Sequence record: MF996376
DNA: 49,579 bases
Source of the DNA: Escherichia phage SRT8
Reading direction: 5' to 3' (one strand)
Below the pieces are notes generated by a model. The model had not been told where the DNA came from. It ran no database searches and saw only the letters and a program-made list of their open reading frames with translations. Numbering within the stretch: position 1 is the first letter of the stretch; the number at the start of each line of letters is the position of its first letter. The position numbers were made by a program, and so were the translations under genes. Shown piece after piece: positions 16,938 to 26,900 of the stretch.

Positions 16938-17594
16938 TTATTCGGATGCAAGGTAAGTAAATTTACCTTTCAGGGAAACGGACAAGGAAACAGTTTCCAT
17001 CTCGTTTACCTGCGTTTGTGGGATATCGTTAAACGACAGAACCCCAGCCCAAAGGCGCATTTCTTTAGCCTTCGGAACGAACATTCGAAGCGGCGTTACT
17101 TCGCCGGATTCGTCCAGACCGCGAAGGATCGGGTAAATCGCGTTATCAAATTCGTGCGCGAAGCTGTAAGTAAGCGACACGGCAGATTTGAAGGTCGGTA
17201 ACTGCTGTTCCTGATCGTCAGAAAGGCACTGGTAAGTGTAATACTGCTGCTCGCCGCCGTCCTGCCCGATATCCTGTACGCAAGGGATCTCAGTCCATGC
17301 GGTAACAGGTCGGAACGAAGCCGGGTTAGTACCTGTTGGGAATACGTTCGCGTTGGTAGTGTCGATACCCTCAAGCGTTACGCTTACATCTTCGGATACA
17401 GCCTTAACACGAAGGACGCGATCCAGAAGACGCCCCCACGCGGCGGAAGTAACTAACACATATTGACCGACAGTTACGCCGGAAGTTGACGCAACAGAGA
17501 AGACCGGATCGGCAGCGTTTGAAACGTTGGTTGCCTCGATCTCAGCGCCCAGCGTGGAACCGATAAAAATTTGTGAACCATTAGGAAGGTGCAT
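16938..17594 (-). CDS. Major tail protein
   Basis: 218 aa, strong AAGGAG RBS, followed by a terminator, immediately upstream of the G/GT chaperone pair. Confidence 0.7.
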   Translation of the reverse strand: MHLPNGSQIFIGSTLGAEIEATNVSNAADPVFSVASTSGVTVGQYVLVTSAAWGRLLDRVLRVKAVSEDVSVTLEGIDTTNANVFPTGTNPASFRPVTAWTEIPCVQDIGQDGGEQQYYTYQCLSDDQEQQLPTFKSAVSLTYSFAHEFDNAIYPILRGLDESGEVTPLRMFVPKAKEMRLWAGVLSFNDIPQTQVNEMETVSLSVSLKGKFTYLASE

Positions 17595-17606
17595 AATTGT
17601 AACTCC

Positions 17607-18017
17607 TTATTTTTTGTCTTTACGAACATAGAATCGGACGGGATAAGACCAGCCGCCGACAGATTTTTGTACCGGGTGAACCTTTCCACCGTCTACGATA
17701 TAACAATCGTTAATCAGCATTTTACCATCTTCGAAAAATTCCGCAATATCACGCGCTAACATTCTAACTTTATCCATTCCCAAACCCGGCGCGAAGTGGA
17801 TAGAGATCTGAACCATTCCAACCGCGTATTTGCATTTGCGGGACAACCCGACGAATACCGTGTCCGCTTCTTTGTAGTCGAACTTCAGCCACGTAGAACC
17901 ATCAGCGGGAGGATCGAACGGCACACTTTCGTAAGCAACAGGAAAAACATATTCCGGGGCGCTATTAATGAAGTTGCTTAATTCATTACGCGCCGCAACT
18001 GCTAGATCATAGTGCAT
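17607..18017 (-). CDS. Putative tail terminator / tail completion protein
   Basis: Position between neck genes and the major tail gene; start moved to the internal ATG at 18017 to avoid a 120-nt overlap. Confidence 0.4.
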   Translation of the reverse strand: MHYDLAVAARNELSNFINSAPEYVFPVAYESVPFDPPADGSTWLKFDYKEADTVFVGLSRKCKYAVGMVQISIHFAPGLGMDKVRMLARDIAEFFEDGKMLINDCYIVDGGKVHPVQKSVGGWSYPVRFYVRKDKK

Positions 18018-18450
18018 TTTTAGCCCTCGATTGTCTGATCGCGTCCGCCATGAAAGAGCGAAGGCGAATTGCCACCACGCCAACGACGCCAGCCGGGGCT
18101 TGTTTCGAATGCCCGTACTCAAGCGCATTAGCGTAAATCAGCATGTTAGAAAAATAGATTGACGTTATAGCCGCGCCACGTCGAAGAGTGAACACGCTGG
18201 CTACACGCTTCCCGTATGCGATCGTTTGTCCGCCTGATTTATCATATTGGTTTAGAGCGTACATAGGCGGAGCGTTAAAAGTTATCTGCCAGTTAGCTCT
18301 AAATCGCCCTGTATCGACCGGAGAACCCATTACTAACGCCTTGTGAACCTCTTCAATGAAGATTCGTAACGTGTCCTCCAAGCCGTTCCCAGCCGCTTTA
18401 ATCCACGCGTCGATTGACGCGTGAAATTGCCGAATCTGATAATTAGCCAT
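18007..18450 (-). CDS. HK97 gp10-like tail-component (neck) protein
   Basis: VDTGRFRANW motif resembling the gp10-family signature; position. Confidence 0.5.
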   Translation of the reverse strand: MANYQIRQFHASIDAWIKAAGNGLEDTLRIFIEEVHKALVMGSPVDTGRFRANWQITFNAPPMYALNQYDKSGGQTIAYGKRVASVFTLRRGAAITSIYFSNMLIYANALEYGHSKQAPAGVVGVVAIRLRSFMADAIRQSRAKNAL

Positions 18451-18820
18451 ACAGAGCCACCCTTCGCAAAATCGGGCGGTATGCGACGACAGTCCCGGAC
18501 GGTTTAATCGGACGCGGGTCTACAACTTCATACTTCACGCCGTCAACTACGATCCAGTTGCCTTTATGGATGTACTCTTCAAAGGTGAAGATTCCGCGCT
18601 TATCGTCTGCCCGGATGGTGTCGCCGTTAACGTCACGCGCCTGAATATCCCGGATAACTCCCTGAATGGTTAACACCTCTTCAGGCTGGACAACCTCGAC
18701 GCCGTTTACCATCGTTACGCCGCCACCACGAATTAGCGTACATTCGCCACCGCCCAGCATAGGATCAGCAAAAAAGCCGATCCCGTCTTTCGCCAGTTTT
18801 TGCAATGCTGCATAGTTCAT
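18443..18820 (-). CDS. Putative head-tail adaptor / head closure protein
   Basis: Synteny; ATG at 18820 overlaps the upstream stop as ATGA. Confidence 0.4.
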   Translation of the reverse strand: MNYAALQKLAKDGIGFFADPMLGGGECTLIRGGGVTMVNGVEVVQPEEVLTIQGVIRDIQARDVNGDTIRADDKRGIFTFEEYIHKGNWIVVDGVKYEVVDPRPIKPSGTVVAYRPILRRVALYG

Positions 18821-19230
18821 CGTCCGCACCCCCTACGAAGCCCTGTCATTAAACCCATACCGCCGCCACTCTTGCGAAGTAAAGCTCGGTACATTTTGCC
18901 CCACGGCGTTTGTTCAAGAACATCATTCGAAGTCGTCTTCGATACGTCGCCGAATGTTTGTGAAAATTCACCACTCAGGGAAAATGACGTTACACGGCGC
19001 GTCATTGATTCTACGCTTTCGGTTCCCTGTTTCATTGCCCCATCCAATACCATCAAATGAAGCGCATACAATGCAACGGCTTTATGATAGCGCGACTTGA
19101 ATTTCGATTTGCAAACGTAGTCGCTTGCAAGGTCAATCCATACTTTGATTTGTGCCGGGTTAATGTTTTGCATTGGCGGAGCCAGCGCGACAAGGATCAC
19201 ATAGACTTCTTGCAATTCTTCTTCTGACAT
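18817..19230 (-). CDS. Putative head-tail connector (head completion) protein
   Basis: Synteny; GGAGG RBS. Confidence 0.4.
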   Translation of the reverse strand: MSEEELQEVYVILVALAPPMQNINPAQIKVWIDLASDYVCKSKFKSRYHKAVALYALHLMVLDGAMKQGTESVESMTRRVTSFSLSGEFSQTFGDVSKTTSNDVLEQTPWGKMYRALLRKSGGGMGLMTGLRRGCGR

Positions 19231-19249
19231 TTCATTACCTCCAGATATG

Positions 19250-19271
19250 AAAAAGGGCGCATATAGCGCCC
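19250..19271 (-). terminator. Hairpin (GGGCGC-TATAT-GCGCCC) plus T-run on the minus strand
   Basis: Read directly. Confidence 0.55.
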
Positions 19272-19280
19272 GGACTCGGT

Positions 19281-19586
19281 TTAGAATTCGCCGCCGTCTT
19301 CAAGTTCTTTTTGTGACTTGCCAGCGGTAGGATCTGGCTTACGTCGCGCTTCCATTCGTTCGCGGATTTCGTCGGTCGCGTCGCGGTCGTCTTTTATTTC
19401 TAACGCGCCTTGTCCGAAAAGGTATTCAATGCCGGAAGTCTTCAGAAGTTCGGCGGATACTTCCATTTCATCGCCCGGCATAAGCTTTTCGCCGTCAATG
19501 AAAATCAGCGCTACACCAGCATTAATGATTGCCACTTTGCCGGATTCGGTTACTTCGGATTTTGCTTTTTTGGTTTCTTTAGCCAT
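19281..19586 (-). CDS. Hypothetical acidic protein encoded directly after the major capsid gene
   Basis: ORF with RBS between two terminator hairpins. Confidence 0.4.
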   Translation of the reverse strand: MAKETKKAKSEVTESGKVAIINAGVALIFIDGEKLMPGDEMEVSAELLKTSGIEYLFGQGALEIKDDRDATDEIRERMEARRKPDPTAGKSQKELEDGGEF

Positions 19587-19605
19587 GTTGGTTTACTCCT
19601 GATAA

Positions 19606-19636
19606 TAAAAAAGGGACTCAAATTAATGAGTCCCTA
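19606..19636 (-). terminator. Intrinsic terminator after the major capsid gene (AGGGACTCA-TTAATT-TGAGTCCCT plus T-run)
   Basis: Strong hairpin and T5 on the minus strand. Confidence 0.65.
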
Positions 19637-19647
19637 TATTAAGGCAA

Positions 19648-20625
19648 TTACTCGGTGACTGCAAGCCCGGTAATCAGGACAATCGTCAACGGACGGTAGA
19701 TTGTCAGGCCAGTACATTTAGAAGTGCAAGGCACTTTGAAATGCAGGTCTTTCGGCTGTGCTGGCAGCATGTTAAACGCTTCCGGGATCTCGATAGACAT
19801 ATTCATCGGATCGTATTCGTAAACCAATGCGCCTTTTGTGCCGGAGCCGTCGATATCTTCCAACTCTGCGATCGCTTCGATGGTGATATTACCGTTTTGC
19901 TTCTGGAAATATTCAAGATAGCTTTCAGTAGTATCAGTCATGCGAACGGTCAGAACTTTACGCATAGACGGCGGAATCAGAATGTGGGTCGCGCGGTGTG
20001 CGCCCATAGTCAGCGTTTCGATGGTTTCGATTGCTGCGGTCAATTCTTCTTCTGCGTTTTCCGGCAGTTTAGTAGTAACGCCGCCAGTGGTAGAAGTCCA
20101 GCCCTTAGACGTAATCTTCGTAATGTTCGGATGATTGAACACGCTTACGATTTTGTGCGGAGCGGAGCCTTTGAAGACCAGACGGTTTACAAGCTGATCA
20201 TGCGCAAGCTGTGCCGCGTTCGCTTTGCGATTCGACAGAGATTTGCCAGTCGCTTGACCTGCTTTGATTTCGTCAATAGAAATCAGATACGCATTACCCA
20301 GGCGGAACACTTTACCGAATTCGCTTGATGCCATTGCATCTACCAGCGGCAAATCATCGGTATAATCGGCGATAATTTGCGCGATACCGACTTTATCAAA
20401 AGTCTGATATTCGAAGGTTTTATCAACTGGGGAAAGGTCAGACGTAACCGGGAAAACGCGAAGTGCGGAGCCAGCCGGGTAATCTTTTTCGTAAGACTGC
20501 GACTTCAGCTTATTAAGTTCCTGCGCCGTCCAAATGCCTAGCGTGTCGGCGTCCGCTTTAGTGCCGCGCATTTGCAGGTGATTAGCAACGACGGAAGCTT
20601 CGAATTCATCATATTTTTTAGCCAT
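19648..20625 (-). CDS. Major capsid protein
   Basis: 325 aa, very strong RBS AAGAGGAAA, flanked by terminators, position after scaffold/decoration genes. Confidence 0.65.
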   Translation of the reverse strand: MAKKYDEFEASVVANHLQMRGTKADADTLGIWTAQELNKLKSQSYEKDYPAGSALRVFPVTSDLSPVDKTFEYQTFDKVGIAQIIADYTDDLPLVDAMASSEFGKVFRLGNAYLISIDEIKAGQATGKSLSNRKANAAQLAHDQLVNRLVFKGSAPHKIVSVFNHPNITKITSKGWTSTTGGVTTKLPENAEEELTAAIETIETLTMGAHRATHILIPPSMRKVLTVRMTDTTESYLEYFQKQNGNITIEAIAELEDIDGSGTKGALVYEYDPMNMSIEIPEAFNMLPAQPKDLHFKVPCTSKCTGLTIYRPLTIVLITGLAVTE

Positions 20626-20676
20626 GTTTTCATTTCCTCTTATTGGTGAAAAGCCGTTAATTGATAACGGCTTTAT

Positions 20677-20696
20677 GATAGCACTTTTTGTTAAAG
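20677..20696 (-). promoter_or_regulatory. Palindromic element (atagcactttttgttaaag) with hairpin 20651-20675 upstream of the capsid gene
   Basis: Consensus match in inverted orientation relative to the gene. Confidence 0.45.
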
Positions 20697-20714
20697 CGTC
20701 AAACTGTTTTTATG

Positions 20715-21497
20715 TTATGGTTCGGGCGGCGCTTCCGTGACGGTAATCGGGCGCGTGATCGTGTACTTGCCGGAGTCGTTCGCCGTCCATACGATGTTAG
20801 TAGTGCCAGCCGCTACGCCAGTGATTAAACCCGTATCCTGATCTACCGTCGCGACGCCTTCGTCTTCCGAAGAGAATTTACCAGTTCGATCCGGCGCGGC
20901 TGGAGTGATAGCGATTAACCTTGCCTGAACGGTTGCCCCCACTTCGATCGAATTCGGGTTAATGTTCATTCCGCCACTTTGCACAACCAAAAACGCGTTA
21001 ATACCCTGAACTAATTGCACCTCAAAGATTGCAACGTTAGGCTTGATAATCACTTTACCGCCAGTGAATCGCCAGTTAACCAGCGCCCCGCCAGAAGTGC
21101 CGACAGTGCCGTTTGACTGAATTCGAACGCGCTGTCCGAAAGTTGGCGTAATATCCGTGTTGTTACCGTAAACCCACACGCGACCATGCGTTACGACGTT
21201 AATCACATCGCCTACGTTATACATCGCGTAACCGTCCGCCGATTCATGCGGCGCATAGTGATGCGTCATTGCGATCCCGTATGGCACATTTTGAGTAGAA
21301 ATCAGGCTTTGACGAACGATTTTATGCCCGCCCGGATCTACTGACTCAACCCACACGGCGCAACCTGAAAAGACGTGTTCGCCGCCGATGCCTTCACCCT
21401 GCCCGCCCACAACACAAGCGCCGTCGATGTTATAGTCCGACGTGTCGGAAAGACAGCCGGGAAAAGCTTTTAGAATGACGTTTCCATAATCTGACAT
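20715..21497 (-). CDS. Capsid decoration-like protein with C-terminal bacterial Ig-like (Big_2-type) domain
   Basis: C-terminal ATVQARLIAITPAAP...VTEAPPEP region resembles Ig-like domains; N-terminal half is paralogous to ORF 21560-22036. Confidence 0.5.
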   Translation of the reverse strand: MSDYGNVILKAFPGCLSDTSDYNIDGACVVGGQGEGIGGEHVFSGCAVWVESVDPGGHKIVRQSLISTQNVPYGIAMTHHYAPHESADGYAMYNVGDVINVVTHGRVWVYGNNTDITPTFGQRVRIQSNGTVGTSGGALVNWRFTGGKVIIKPNVAIFEVQLVQGINAFLVVQSGGMNINPNSIEVGATVQARLIAITPAAPDRTGKFSSEDEGVATVDQDTGLITGVAAGTTNIVWTANDSGKYTITRPITVTEAPPEP

Positions 21498-21514
21498 ATT
21501 TTATTACCTCCAAT

Positions 21515-21546
21515 AAAAAAGGGACTATCCAAAAGGATAGCCCCCA
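21515..21546 (-). terminator. Hairpin (GGGGCTATCC-TTTT-GGATAGTCCC) plus T6 on the minus strand
   Basis: Read directly. Confidence 0.6.
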
Positions 21547-21559
21547 TATTAACGGTTAA

Positions 21560-22036
21560 TTACAGTTGCATCAACTGAATTTCTACCAGCTTCAGATCTT
21601 GATAAGTGGTGAAGCCGCCCGCGTAAGTCCACGTAGTTTCAATCGCGCCGTCTGCTTTCTGCTGTCCGTCAACGTCGAATTTAACAGGAGTGCCGAACGC
21701 CGGGGCGGTGGAGTCTTTAGAGATAACCCAAACGCGACCGGAAGTCATAACGTTTAGACCGCCGCCAGCTTCGTAATACATCTGGCCGTTTTTGCCTTTA
21801 GTCTGGAAGTGTGAACGAATCGCGATACCGTAAGGAACGCCCGCCGCCGACATTGGCTTCATAACTTTGTGACCATCAACCGCTTGAACGCTGTCAATCT
21901 GTACCGCGACGCCAACGAGGATATCAACGTCACCATTCAGGACACACGCGCCGTCAATGTTATATCGGGAGGTGTCCGCAACCATACCCGGAAGCGCGAT
22001 CGCCATATCTTTCTGATAGCTTGCTGCAATTGCCAT
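21560..22036 (-). CDS. Capsid-associated protein, paralog of the N-terminal domain of ORF 20715-21497
   Basis: Shared motifs YNIDGACV, VPYGIA, GRVWV between the two proteins. Confidence 0.5.
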   Translation of the reverse strand: MAIAASYQKDMAIALPGMVADTSRYNIDGACVLNGDVDILVGVAVQIDSVQAVDGHKVMKPMSAAGVPYGIAIRSHFQTKGKNGQMYYEAGGGLNVMTSGRVWVISKDSTAPAFGTPVKFDVDGQQKADGAIETTWTYAGGFTTYQDLKLVEIQLMQL

Positions 22037-22049
22037 AATTTAAATCTCC

Positions 22050-23156
22050 TTACTTGTTAAGTTTATTCAGGCGGGAATTCGGAGTCACTTCGGCTTCGTC
22101 TTCTTTCTTGCCCGGTTCGCTTGCTGCGTCGCCTTTGATGCTTTGACGCTGTGACGCCATATTATCACAATCTTTCGCGAAGTCGAAGGCGTTGTCGATG
22201 TATGCGTCAGATTTCGCGGAAACATCCTTCCCGGTAACAGCTTTCAGGAAGGCAACTTTGATCGCTTTAGCGTCCATACCGTCACACTTCACACCAGCTT
22301 CGGAAGCGGTAGCAATCAGCGCGGTAAGTTCGGCGGCGTCGGCTTTGTGCTTTTCGACTGCTTCAGTAATCAGCGCCGGAATGCCGTCTACTTTAGTTTT
22401 CAGTAAATCGCGTTCCGCTTCCAGACCGTCGGCCTTGCCCTGAATAGTTGCCACTTCACCGTTAAGCTTTTCGATGTGCGCCGCTACACTTTCCGGCACT
22501 TCCACTTCTACGGAGTCGATTTTAATTTTCTTCATTACGTGATCCTCTTTGTTTGAATTAACGTCGTAATCATACGGGAATTCTTGTTCGCTATCAAGGT
22601 TTAATTTAGCGATTCCCGCACGGCCTTTGAATACCATAGCAACATGATTCACGCGGATTTTTGTCTGTACGGCGTCGAACTTAACCCAGCCTTTCGGGAT
22701 TACTTCGTCTTCTTTCATATCCTCTTCGAAGATATATTCGCCCGTTTCGTTGGAACCCCAACCCGGTTTTTCGATATCTTCGGACGTGTACCCGACAGAC
22801 AGTTCCGCCGCCATTTTGCGCTTGGCCTTCTCGATCGCGCGTTGGCTGTAAATCGACATAGGCACTTCGACGCCGACGCCGTTCGGGATACCGTCGCCAG
22901 CGCATGAACCTACGACAACCTTTTCCGCGTTCTCAGGCGTTACGGTTACGTGACCGACCGTTACAGGCTTGCCCGCATACGTCGCCAGCGATTCAGGATC
23001 GAACACTTCTGACGCCGGGCGGAATTCTACGCGATCGCCGAATGGCGTTTTATAAGTCTGTGCGCCGATACGGGCGACAACCGGGCGATCGACTAAAAAG
23101 CCGTGTTCGTCAAAGTGAGCTTTGATCTTGACGCTATCGAATCTTTGCTTTGCCAT
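22050..23156 (-). CDS. Putative capsid scaffolding / prohead core protein
   Basis: 368 aa with a coiled-coil, Ala/Lys/Glu-rich C-terminal half; lies between the minor head protein and decoration genes. Confidence 0.45.
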   Translation of the reverse strand: MAKQRFDSVKIKAHFDEHGFLVDRPVVARIGAQTYKTPFGDRVEFRPASEVFDPESLATYAGKPVTVGHVTVTPENAEKVVVGSCAGDGIPNGVGVEVPMSIYSQRAIEKAKRKMAAELSVGYTSEDIEKPGWGSNETGEYIFEEDMKEDEVIPKGWVKFDAVQTKIRVNHVAMVFKGRAGIAKLNLDSEQEFPYDYDVNSNKEDHVMKKIKIDSVEVEVPESVAAHIEKLNGEVATIQGKADGLEAERDLLKTKVDGIPALITEAVEKHKADAAELTALIATASEAGVKCDGMDAKAIKVAFLKAVTGKDVSAKSDAYIDNAFDFAKDCDNMASQRQSIKGDAASEPGKKEDEAEVTPNSRLNKLNK

Positions 23157-23159
23157 TAA

Positions 23160-23924
23160 TTAATCTCCTATCTGATTGAAATCTGGAACAACCCAGCAAC
23201 GGCAACCGTATTCTTCGCCGGGGAATATGTGATTACTGTTTACCGGGATGCGCTTACCCTCCCATTTTACGTGTTTTTCACGTTCGCGTAAATCCATCAT
23301 TCCGCGCCAGAAGTAGTGGGTAACTTGTGCGTCCTTCAGGCGTTGACGCATCATTCGGCTGTTCCATGTAGTCACGATCCCGGATGCCCGATTACGCGCC
23401 CACGAAGAGTAAACCTTATAACGCTGATTGGTTTCTTCATAAACCCTTTCGGCTTCGTAGCCGTTCGCCGCCGCGTCGCGTAGCTTCCCGGTAAAGTCGG
23501 TAATAATGTTCGCCGCGAATTTGCGTAATGATGTTTTCGTCTGCGCTTCCCATAGATCGTACTGCGGCGCGTACCAGCTTTCTCCCATATTAGCACCAAT
23601 CAGGACAAGCAACATGACGGCCTGATTTTTTGAACCTCCAGCACTCTTTGCGATCTTAATCCACTGTTTCGCGTTGAACTTATAGATCGTGAACGCCAGC
23701 GCCGGAAGTGCCGCGAACATTGATTGCAACAGGTCTTCGGCGTAGTCAAGCAAGCTTCGCTCTACCTGCTCGATCTGGCCTTCGTCCGCATCCCATTTCA
23801 TAGGATTTAAACTCTCCTGCATACGGGCGACAATCGCGCCCGTAAATTGCTCCATAGAGCGACTTAATTGTCGCTCGCTGGATTCAGGAAAGCGCCATGT
23901 TTTAGCGATTCCGTTAATCTTCAT
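23160..23924 (-). CDS. Minor head protein (head morphogenesis, SPP1 gp7-like)
   Basis: Immediately downstream of the portal gene, overlapping its end. Confidence 0.5.
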   Translation of the reverse strand: MKINGIAKTWRFPESSERQLSRSMEQFTGAIVARMQESLNPMKWDADEGQIEQVERSLLDYAEDLLQSMFAALPALAFTIYKFNAKQWIKIAKSAGGSKNQAVMLLVLIGANMGESWYAPQYDLWEAQTKTSLRKFAANIITDFTGKLRDAAANGYEAERVYEETNQRYKVYSSWARNRASGIVTTWNSRMMRQRLKDAQVTHYFWRGMMDLREREKHVKWEGKRIPVNSNHIFPGEEYGCRCWVVPDFNQIGD

Positions 23925-25230
23925 TGTCTCCGCCTTCTTCGTTTTCGTGAATTACTTCACCGACTCCCGGTTCCTTTTCGGCCTTCTGTTGCTCTTCGGT
24001 GCGCTTCTTCAGTTCCGTGTGATTCAGGTCTTTAAGCTTAAACATCGGCGCGATAGATTGCAACGTGTCGCGGGCTTCTTCTAAATCAATCATCTGATCT
24101 TCCAGTGCGCCCCGGATAGACTCAACGTGATTTTTCGTAGTCTCGGACGCTTCCTTCTCTGAAGGCATGGAAAGCGGTTCGAACTCGACAGACCATTCCT
24201 GTTCGTGAATTACGAACGGCAAAAGGAATTCTAAGATCGGGCGGTAATGCTCTTCGCGCTGTCGGTCAATCAGCTTGTAAAACGTTTCTAGCGCCGTGTT
24301 CTGGCTTGCGCTAACGCCGCCGACGTTCTTGTTTTTCAAGATGATTTCATGAATGCCGGACAGTGACACAACACGATCGAACTTATTTTGCAGGAATTCA
24401 GAAACGCCGTTAACGTCAGAATTCAATACTTCGTATTCTTCGTCGTTCGCGTCAATACCGATCGCCTTACCTACGCCGGAATTATCATCCACCTGCGCCA
24501 GCCGCAAACGCGCCGCGTAAGCTGCTTCGTCGTCGTCGCACATTTCCGCAAGCCCTTTCACCTTCCATACTGCTTGTTGTTTACGGCGTAGAAGTTGCGT
24601 TGCCAGTTCTTCGCAATATTCGTAATCGTAAATCGCTTCAATCAGTGACTTGTTAAGGAATGGTGCGCCCCATCCGTTGTTACGCTTGCGCTGTTGTGGC
24701 GGAAGTCGTTCACCGTCTAGGATCTTGATTCGCGTATAGTGAACCTGATACTGCGTAAGACCATCGCCCGGACTAATTTCATAAAGGACAGGTTCGCCGT
24801 AACGGACGTTCCGCGCGTTGGTTTCTTTCTTCGCGATAGCAATTTGATCGCGATCGTAAACCCTGATTCCTTCCAGTACGCCGCCTTCTTTCGCTGGCGA
24901 AGTAAGCTTGCGCCCGTCGTTGATAATAGCCACGATCCCGGAACCGCCATAAAGACGACGCCACGCTAACGCATCAACGATTAGACCTTCGATTTCCAGA
25001 TCGTCCCACACTGACCGGAACGCCGCTTCATCCTTAACGCCGGAAACTTTAAAGCCGGGCGATACCATTTCTTCTGGAACAACGTCGATAATACGTCGCG
25101 CTAATCCGTTGTTTTCGTACATCCACCCCAGCCCGTAAGACTGCGCCCCGGTAACGTAAAACGGCTTCGGCGCGTTGTCGCCTCCGTTGTTGAAAATCTC
25201 GTTATACCCATCGTGCTTTACAATTTTCAT
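23914..25230 (-). CDS. Portal protein
   Basis: 438 aa directly after the large terminase gene; acidic C-terminus. Confidence 0.75.
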   Translation of the reverse strand: MKIVKHDGYNEIFNNGGDNAPKPFYVTGAQSYGLGWMYENNGLARRIIDVVPEEMVSPGFKVSGVKDEAAFRSVWDDLEIEGLIVDALAWRRLYGGSGIVAIINDGRKLTSPAKEGGVLEGIRVYDRDQIAIAKKETNARNVRYGEPVLYEISPGDGLTQYQVHYTRIKILDGERLPPQQRKRNNGWGAPFLNKSLIEAIYDYEYCEELATQLLRRKQQAVWKVKGLAEMCDDDEAAYAARLRLAQVDDNSGVGKAIGIDANDEEYEVLNSDVNGVSEFLQNKFDRVVSLSGIHEIILKNKNVGGVSASQNTALETFYKLIDRQREEHYRPILEFLLPFVIHEQEWSVEFEPLSMPSEKEASETTKNHVESIRGALEDQMIDLEEARDTLQSIAPMFKLKDLNHTELKKRTEEQQKAEKEPGVGEVIHENEEGGDNED

Positions 25231-25247
25231 TCTGTCTTTCCTCCAAT

Positions 25248-25274
25248 AAAAAAAGGCTGGAAAATTCCAGCCTT
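25248..25274 (-). terminator. Hairpin (AAGGCTGGAA-TTTT-CCAGCCTT) plus T7 between terminase and portal genes
   Basis: Read directly. Confidence 0.55.
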
Positions 25275-25287
25275 AATTATACCCGCT

Positions 25288-26859
25288 TTATTTACGCTTT
25301 ACCATTCCGGCTAAACGCTTCATTCGCTCGACAGGATCGTCGATTGTCAGAAGTTCGATGTTCGCCGCATCCATGAAGTTATCGACAATATCGTCGTGCG
25401 GGTGCGTATCGTCGTATGTGAACGCGCTATGCTCGGCGATGATTTCGGACAGCATAGGGTGTTCTTCCGGTAGCACCACACGCCCGGCTTTGATTACTGG
25501 CTGCGCATCCATCGCGCGAGTAACTTTATCTTTGTTACGCTGCAACGGCGTGATAGCAACAGGAGTTTTCTTCTCTAAGTTCTGGATCAAGCCCGTACCG
25601 CTGGCCTTATCTTCGACGTAAATCTTTCTCAGTACCCCCATTGATTTATTATGCCTCCACGCCGCGTTAACGAACGCTTTAAACTGCGTTTCCATTTCCG
25701 GCGCTTTCCATTTGCCGCGAACGCCGTCGATAAAGTACACCTTATCGTTTTTCTTACCCCATAAACAGAAGACAGTGTAGTCGTTTAGCTCGCCTGTTTT
25801 CTGCGCGGTATCGGCGGTAATGAAGCGGTAATCGAACTTGCCCGGTTCTGGTTCGTCGGCTTCTAAGCTGTTGCCGTAGTACGTCCACCACTCGGAATTA
25901 AACACCGCGCCGCCCAGCGCGATCGGACGCTGTTGATACTGCGAATCAAAGGTGTATTGGTCGGCCTCACGTAGCGCCATTAAGTCGTGAACGGTTTCCT
26001 TTTCAGGCCAAAAGCTATAATGCTTAACGCCGTCGATTAGCACGTATTCAGACGAAAGCACATCCTTTTCGAAGTGCGGTTGTAACCATTCAGGAAGTGA
26101 TTTCCCGTATTCCTCAGTTACTAGCGCCGGAATTGAAATCTGATCGAATTCTATCCCCATCCCGCCGTTCATCATGAACCATGTAGAATCCTGTGCGTGT
26201 AAGCGCTGCTGTATGGCGATAATCGGCGTTTCGTTGTGCATTCGTCGGCTTCGGATTGTGTTCTTTAAAAGCGTATGTGTGCGCTCTCGTTTTACCTTAG
26301 AAAACATATCGTCCGGCTTGTCGATATCGTCAAGCATTACCATACCGGAAAAGCCAGGAACCATATAACCGCCACGCGAACCAGTAATGCGACCGCCCGC
26401 CGCCGCTGAAATAAGCTCAAACCAGACCTTTCCCGCATTGTTTAGCACCTGCATTTCTTCATCTTTCGACGTGCCGAACGCGCAAGGCCATAGCTCTTGG
26501 AATTCCGGCGAAGAAATGATTTCGCGGACTCGCTTACTGTTACGCTTTACAAGGCTGTCGGCGAATGACACATTCAAGTTTCTGACCTTCTTCAGCTTCA
26601 GCATTGCATAAACTGGCAAGTGGATCGAAAAGACTTCCGTTTTCCCCGAACCCGGAGTCACGTTAAAGATCGTGTTACCGCGTCGCCCGGCGATAATCTC
26701 TTCGACTTCGTGGCACAAGTAAAGGTGATGCCAGTTAGGTAAAAATTGCTGTGCCTGTATCAACTGGAACCAGATCCGAATCATCTTTTCGAAGCTGGCT
26801 TCCGACATTTTCTTGATCGCAAGCTTTTGTGTTGCGTCCAGTTCTTCCCAAATTAACAT
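25288..26859 (-). CDS. Terminase large subunit
   Basis: 523 aa; N-terminal ATPase with GSGKTE P-loop-like motif and C-terminal nuclease-like half; position before portal. Confidence 0.8.
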   Translation of the reverse strand: MLIWEELDATQKLAIKKMSEASFEKMIRIWFQLIQAQQFLPNWHHLYLCHEVEEIIAGRRGNTIFNVTPGSGKTEVFSIHLPVYAMLKLKKVRNLNVSFADSLVKRNSKRVREIISSPEFQELWPCAFGTSKDEEMQVLNNAGKVWFELISAAAGGRITGSRGGYMVPGFSGMVMLDDIDKPDDMFSKVKRERTHTLLKNTIRSRRMHNETPIIAIQQRLHAQDSTWFMMNGGMGIEFDQISIPALVTEEYGKSLPEWLQPHFEKDVLSSEYVLIDGVKHYSFWPEKETVHDLMALREADQYTFDSQYQQRPIALGGAVFNSEWWTYYGNSLEADEPEPGKFDYRFITADTAQKTGELNDYTVFCLWGKKNDKVYFIDGVRGKWKAPEMETQFKAFVNAAWRHNKSMGVLRKIYVEDKASGTGLIQNLEKKTPVAITPLQRNKDKVTRAMDAQPVIKAGRVVLPEEHPMLSEIIAEHSAFTYDDTHPHDDIVDNFMDAANIELLTIDDPVERMKRLAGMVKRK

Positions 26860-26900
26860 TATCGTGATCCTATAGGGCGGACTAGCCGCCCGGTTAACTG

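Noticed and set aside
19741-20328. 195-aa plus-strand ORF inside the major capsid gene
   Set aside because: Antisense to a gene with a strong RBS and terminator; no start context of its own.
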